From NCBI GenBank assembly GCA_910592345.1, contig CAJVPI010000016.1:62001-85712 (forward strand): DNA of 23,712 bases. Direction: 5' to 3'. The stretch's first letter is position 1. The number at the start of each line of letters is the position of its first letter. The notes under the pieces were generated by a model. It saw only the letters and a program-made list of their open reading frames with translations, was not told the origin of the DNA and did not search any database. A program made the translations under genes and the position numbers. The DNA is from Paraglomus brasilianum (lineage: Eukaryota). Below, one piece after another: positions 22,425 through 23,712 of this stretch.

Positions 22425-23169
22425 AGTAGCTAAGAATAAATAAGACGATGGTATGGTTCGAACTGTGAATGGATATTATCTTCTCAGGCTTGATACCCCT
22501 GTTGTTTCTAATCCCTTCATCTCTATTTACTGGTGGAATGAGACGTTTATATAAACATTTGTTTTTTCTTTAATTAGTCAATATTTAAACTACCTTATCC
22601 GGCAGAGTGAAATGAACTAATCCTTTCCCCTAGTCGCATATTTCGATTTAAGTTGATCTTCTTGCCTTTGTTGCACGGATATCGACCTAATGAAAGTTCC
22701 TGAACCCACACGTGTACATGTTTCTGTAGAATTGTTATTTGACTTTTTTGACAACCAGAAACAGAAAAAGAACTTACAATAGTTTCTTCATACACATTAT
22801 TTCAATCATCTTTCTCATTTAAACTTTATAAAATAAAACTGTGCCAGACAGGTTGAAGATATACTGTATAATATCACGTTCGGACAACTACTGTACAGTG
22901 GTCACGGAGTAACACAAAAATTTACGAATCATACCATGAAATCGTGCATATGTAAACGTTAACATAATTGTATTTGATGATGCATTAATTAAACTTGTTC
23001 GCAGTATCGTTTTACACATATTTAGTATATTTTTTTTTACCTTTACTAAAAAAATAAAAGTGAGGACGAAAGCAAAAAAAGAACAAAAGATGAATTTTTT
23101 CGCTGCGGAATTTGTCCCGGTATGCAAAATCTGCCATGGAAAAATTCATAACGGGTAAAAAAATCATAA

Positions 23170-23322
23170 ATAAAAATAGAAAATCAAATACCAAAAACCG
23201 AAATGGTTTATGAATTAAAAAATGAAGTTCCTAGTTTTGAAGAGTTTATGAAAACTTATGAAATTGATAAAAAAGTTAATTATGACGATTTAAATGGTGG
23301 TGATATTGGAAGTAGTAAAGGT
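23170..23322 (+). pseudogene. Truncated intronless ORF fragment (I)KIENQIPKTEMVYELKNEVPSFEEFMKTYEIDKKVNYDDLNGGDIGSSKG, resembling a protein family of Mollicutes-related endobacteria of AM fungi
   Basis: 51 open codons with almost exclusively A/T third positions. The likely start codon appears mutated (ATA at 23170). The frame runs into repeat DNA after ...SSKG. The family resemblance is from recall, not from a search. Confidence 0.55.
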
Positions 23323-23328
23323 TTGCAG

Positions 23329-23370
23329 CAGTGGTGCTGTACTACCGTAGTATAAATTCTCGTACCACTG
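23329..23370. mobile_element. 42-bp mini-element with CAGTGGT...ACCACTG ends
   Basis: 7-bp terminal inverted repeat, with CAG immediately before and after. Located where the MRE-like ORF breaks off. Confidence 0.4.
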
Positions 23371-23418
23371 CAGCAGAGGATTGGCTGGCGCCGCCGTACG
23401 GCATCGGCGCGTCAAAGT

Positions 23419-23712
23419 CAGCGAAGCCGATTTTATCCCGGACAAAAGCGCAAAATCCACATTGACAACAGGAAAAGGTTTATTAAGAGATTGTATTCAG
23501 AATGATTTAAAATACATAATTACAAAGTTTTATAAATTTTAGCTGACAAATGATAAAGTATAGAGTTTACTAATTTTCAACTAAAATTTATAAAACTTTG
23601 TAATTATGTATTTTAAATCATTCTGAATATAAACATTTTCCTGTTGTCAATGTGGATTTTGCGCTTTTGTCAATTGAAATTCCAGGATAAAATCGGCGAA
23701 ACTCTTTCGCTG
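23419..23712. repeat. Long near-perfect fold-back inverted repeat (arms ~130 bp, spacer ~30 bp), right arm truncated by the window end
   Basis: 23419-23546 pairs with 23577-23712, e.g. GACAAAAGCGCAAAATCCACATTGACAACAGGAAAA and TATTCAGAATGATTTAAAATACATAATTACAAAGTTTTATAAATTTTAG. The arms differ mainly by three ~8-11 nt indels. Confidence 0.92.

Noticed and set aside
23060..23073. GTGAGGACGAAAG resembles the 3' half of a hammerhead ribozyme
   Set aside because: No upstream GTCC to form stem II and no correctly placed CTGANGA core.

Overview
AT-rich, intron-containing eukaryotic DNA, most likely fungal. The Tc1 transposase style, a BTB gene, dense decayed DNA transposons and a fragment resembling Mollicutes-related endobacteria (MRE) suggest an arbuscular mycorrhizal fungus (Glomeromycotina) or relative; this assignment is inference. 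Three intact-looking genes were reconstructed by hand from splice signals. (1) A Q50 homeobox transcription factor (+, 3090..4501, 2 exons), whose spliced form ends in a WRPW-like LRPW tetrapeptide that the ORF track misses. (2) A BTB(-BACK-like) protein (-, 9782..8369, 4 exons). (3) A 16-exon GCK-III (STK24/25/26-type) Ste20-family kinase (+, 19484..22424) with a 9-nt catalytic-loop micro-exon. Between them lie a frameshifted DD34E Tc1 transposase remnant, several MITEs, two fold-back inverted repeats and three copies of a small palindromic element sitting next to the same octamer. The best leads are a probable endosymbiont (MRE)-derived gene fragment at ~23.0-23.3 kb and the splice-dependent LRPW motif of the homeobox protein. 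All gene models and family calls come from reading the sequence, with no database searches.
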